Made by a program: the position numbers and the translations under genes. Below the pieces are notes generated by a model, which worked only from the letters and a program-made list of their open reading frames with translations, ran no database searches and was not told the DNA's origin. From Minisyncoccota bacterium (GTDB lineage: Bacteria > Patescibacteriota > Minisyncoccia > Minisyncoccales > CSSED10-335), in assembly GCA_021129615.1 (NCBI GenBank), contig JAJOKY010000023.1, positions 1 to 24,779 of the forward strand: a DNA stretch of 24,779 nt. Reading direction: 5' to 3'. This document shows positions 23,166-24,779 of this stretch, one piece after another. The number at the start of each line of letters is the position of its first letter. Position 1 is the first letter of the stretch.

Positions 23166-23368
23166 ATAAATTAAAAACAAACCTTAAAATTATAAAAACA
23201 GAAGTTGAAGGAGAATTGTTATTTAGGCAAGAGTTCCGTTGGAGAAACAACAAACCCGTTTGCTTAAAAATAGGGGATGTTATTGAGGTAGAACTTGATA
23301 GTTCCAAAAAATATGCCTATGTCAAAAGAAAAAACAATTACAGAAAGTCAAAGGTCGCATTAAAATAA
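23162..23368 (+). CDS. Hypothetical protein (probable start ATG 23162)
   Basis: ATGA overlap with the nuclease stop. Confidence 0.7.
   Translation: MNKLKTNLKIIKTEVEGELLFRQEFRWRNNKPVCLKIGDVIEVELDSSKKYAYVKRKNNYRKSKVALK
23350..23357 (+). promoter_or_regulatory. AAAGGTCG motif within the upstream CDS
   Basis: 25 nt upstream of ATG 23383. Confidence 0.55.
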
Positions 23369-23382
23369 ATTAGGTTAAAAAT

Positions 23383-23589
23383 ATGGAAAAAGAAATAAAA
23401 ATAAAAGAAAAGATAATTGCAGTCGGAAGTGAAGAAGATAAAGTTTTTTGTAGATGCGGTGAGAAGATGCAACCTATCGTTATGAGTCATTCAGTTCAAT
23501 ATAGGTGTCCTAAAGCAAGGTGGTATCATTTCTTTTTATTTTTTTTGTCGCCACATTCTTTGCCAGAAATTTTTGTAAGGTATAAGTGA
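23383..23589 (+). CDS. Small Cys-containing hypothetical protein
   Basis: CRCG...YRCP, possible Zn ribbon. Confidence 0.6.
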   Translation: MEKEIKIKEKIIAVGSEEDKVFCRCGEKMQPIVMSHSVQYRCPKARWYHFFLFFLSPHSLPEIFVRYK

Positions 23590-23692
23590 AGAAATAAAAA
23601 ACCATCTTTAGTAGATAAGTTTTTATGGTGGCAGAAAAACTTTAAAAATAGAAAGAAAACAATTAATTCAAATAAAATAAAAAAAGAGTTAT

Positions 23693-24013
23693 ATGGGTGG
23701 AAGTCAATCTCTTAAAAAAGGTAAAAAGGGTGAGTACCTTTTTAGAAAGCTCTGTGAGAAATATGGTTTTAATGTTGTTAACCAAGCAGAAGATAAAAAT
23801 AAACCTGATATTCGTTTTGAACATTTAGAATGTGAAATAAAATATAGAAAGAATATATCTAAAAAGTTATATGATTGGTTAGAAGAAAAACAAGCTGATA
23901 TTCTTGCTGTTAAAAGAATATCTAAAAAAGATAGAAATAGAGATTGGTTAATAGTAATACCATTTGAAAAATTTATTAAATTATTTAAATCCCTAAAATG
24001 GCAAAAGGAATAA
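23693..24013 (+). CDS. Holliday junction resolvase (PD-(D/E)XK type)
   Basis: SLKKGKKGEY, KPDI...ECEIK and DWLIVIPFEKF match the phage resolvase pattern. Confidence 0.75.
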   Translation: MGGSQSLKKGKKGEYLFRKLCEKYGFNVVNQAEDKNKPDIRFEHLECEIKYRKNISKKLYDWLEEKQADILAVKRISKKDRNRDWLIVIPFEKFIKLFKSLKWQKE

Positions 24014-24357
24014 TACAACAATTTTTTAAAAGTTTTAAAGATGAAGAATTTATTTTAATTACAAAGGAAGAATTGAAAAGTTGGTCTGATTATTTAATTG
24101 AAGAATTTAAGGTAGAAATAGGAATTTGTTTAAAATGTAATCAAAAAATAAAAGGTAAAAAAGGAACAATAATTTGTAGTAATTGTGAAAAGAAAGCTAA
24201 GAAAATTAAAAGAAAAGCAAAAAAGATTAAATGTAAATTTTGTAAAAAGGTATTTTTACCAAATTTACACTTTAAGAAAGTATGTAGTATAAAATGTAGA
24301 AAAGAAAATGAACGCATTTTAAACAGAAAAAGAAACAAAAGATTTAAGAAAAAATAA
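23998..24357 (+). CDS. Zinc-ribbon protein
   Basis: CLKC, CSNC, CKFC, CSIKC; very basic. Confidence 0.7.
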   Translation: MAKGIIQQFFKSFKDEEFILITKEELKSWSDYLIEEFKVEIGICLKCNQKIKGKKGTIICSNCEKKAKKIKRKAKKIKCKFCKKVFLPNLHFKKVCSIKCRKENERILNRKRNKRFKKK

Positions 24358-24358
24358 T

Positions 24359-24583
24359 ATGACTCAACCAATTATATCACAAAAAACAATCCAGCCAACT
24401 CAACAATTAGAAGAAGAACAATCAAAAAGATTTCAAAAGATAATTGATAAAATTTTTAAGATTTTAATTGAAGAAAGTGTAGCAGTTAATGAAATTCCTA
24501 TTATTCTTAAACTTATTACTGGTAAATTAGGAAAAATAATAGATGAATCATTAGTAGAAACAATTATAGATATAAAAAAATGA
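24359..24583 (+). CDS. Hypothetical protein (74 aa)
   Basis: Starts 1 nt after the previous stop. Confidence 0.7.
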   Translation: MTQPIISQKTIQPTQQLEEEQSKRFQKIIDKIFKILIEESVAVNEIPIILKLITGKLGKIIDESLVETIIDIKK

Positions 24584-24596
24584 AACAAGAAGAATT

Positions 24597-24779
24597 ATGA
24601 CGAAATATCAAAAAAAGGCGTGGGTAATAACTGACTGGGATGGCGAGATTAGCAATCTAAGCGTAAGTATATTTGATACTAAGAAAGAGGCAGAAGAAGA
24701 ATTATTAGAGTATTTAAATAAGTTGCCAAATCCTAAAATAAAAGGAAGAAATAAAATTATTCGTGTAGAGGTAAAAGAA
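24597..24779 (+). CDS. Hypothetical protein, partial (runs off right edge)
   Basis: Not in the ORF track. ATG 24597 opens 61 stop-free codons (MTKYQKKAWVITDWDGEIS...). Confidence 0.7.
   Translation, partial: MTKYQKKAWVITDWDGEISNLSVSIFDTKKEAEEELLEYLNKLPNPKIKGRNKIIRVEVKE

Noticed and set aside
14015-24371. Minus-strand or alternate-frame ORFs in and beside the right arm (14015, 14023, 15300, 15953, 16200, 16309, 16989, 17545, 17549, 18304, 21256, 21894, 23116, 23704, 24141)
   Set aside because: They overlap better-supported genes or promoters, and have no start context or recognisable motifs.
1-24779. Stop-codon reassignment (code 15 or 25)
   Set aside because: TGA and TAG both end genes cleanly, often in ATGA overlaps, and long genes are unbroken under code 11.
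1-24779. Prophage/temperate lifestyle
   Set aside because: No integrase, att site, clear repressor or host genes in the window; cannot be decided from this fragment.

Overview
Fragment of a tailed dsDNA bacteriophage genome (Caudoviricetes, AT-rich, standard genetic code 11) with two divergent arms around a ~1.2 kb non-coding control region (14240-15445). The left arm (minus strand) holds virion genes in this order: probable small terminase, large terminase, portal, three large proteins that resemble internal virion/ejection proteins (a tandem-LysM protein, a 510 aa protein, and a 1293 aa protein interrupted by a 327 aa LAGLIDADG intein), an unannotated 39 aa membrane peptide, a basic protein, scaffold, major capsid protein and small structural genes. 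The right arm (plus strand) holds early and replication/recombination genes: small hypotheticals, two HTH proteins, a short DnaN-like clamp, an AAA+ ATPase, an SSB-like protein, a SWIM finger, a Cas4-like nuclease, a Holliday junction resolvase and a Zn-ribbon protein. No integrase, polymerase, tRNA or CRISPR array was seen. The most unusual signals are non-coding. (i) Three covarying hairpins with a conserved outer stem and internal loop separate early gene cassettes. (ii) A strand-oriented AAAGGTCG motif sits 25-38 nt upstream of start codons. (iii) DnaA-box-like 9-mers lie 7-10 nt upstream of the strongest sigma70-type promoters. (iv) There are several promoter-driven structured RNA candidates. 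All protein assignments come from motif recognition and synteny, not database searches.
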